A stretch of 63,653 nucleotides of DNA, filler included, from Kipferlia bialata (taxonomy: Eukaryota), in NCBI GenBank assembly GCA_003568945.1. It is 8 parts of 8 records of this genome, joined end to end, with 100 filler letters (N's around TTAATTAATTAA, not from the genome) between each part and the next. Parts side by side here need not be neighbours in the genome. Positions count along the whole stretch, not along the records: positions 60,247 to 63,653 come from BDIP01001504.1; 7 more parts are not named here. The stretch is one strand, 5' to 3'. Shown piece after piece: positions 63,650-63,653 of this stretch (positions are counted from its first letter, which is position 1; each line of letters opens with the position of its first letter). Below the pieces are notes generated by a model that was not told the origin of the DNA, ran no database searches, and saw only the letters and a list, made by a program, of their open reading frames with translations. The translations under genes were made by a program, and so were the position numbers.

Positions 63650-63653
63650 GTAT

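Overview
Eukaryotic genomic DNA, very intron-dense and rich in (TA)n/(GA)n microsatellites. Introns are GT-AG with a branch point fused to the acceptor (CT[C/G/A]AC-CCCCAG), and the genetic code is standard. This fits a free-living fornicate (Metamonada) such as Kipferlia, though the taxon is an inference. The window is not one locus: it is eight scaffolds joined by N-TTAATTAATTAA-N linkers. Splicing exons by eye gives BIVM, a Maf-like NTP pyrophosphatase, IFT22/RabL5, a Furry/Tao3-like protein, a DUF4097-like protein, a METTL25-like methyltransferase, two FG-GAP propeller proteins, an MFS transporter, a dipeptide (L-Ala-D/L-Glu-type) epimerase, SGTA, a multi-TM protein with an internal duplication, PNO1, VAC14, histidyl-tRNA synthetase and the 5' end of a copine/RGLG-like gene. 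Three things stand out. (1) A 77-aa Rdx/SelW-family selenoprotein that the ORF track misses, with an in-frame UGA in an atypical Y-A-P-C-U-G motif and a type II-like SECIS hairpin in its 3' UTR. (2) Two alternative duplicated first exons (MGAGGS.. vs MGFLDFIFG..) on the copine-like gene. (3) Pervasive 'exon echoes': introns filled with decayed tandem copies of the flanking exon ends, splice sites included. All family calls come from motif recognition; no database search was run.
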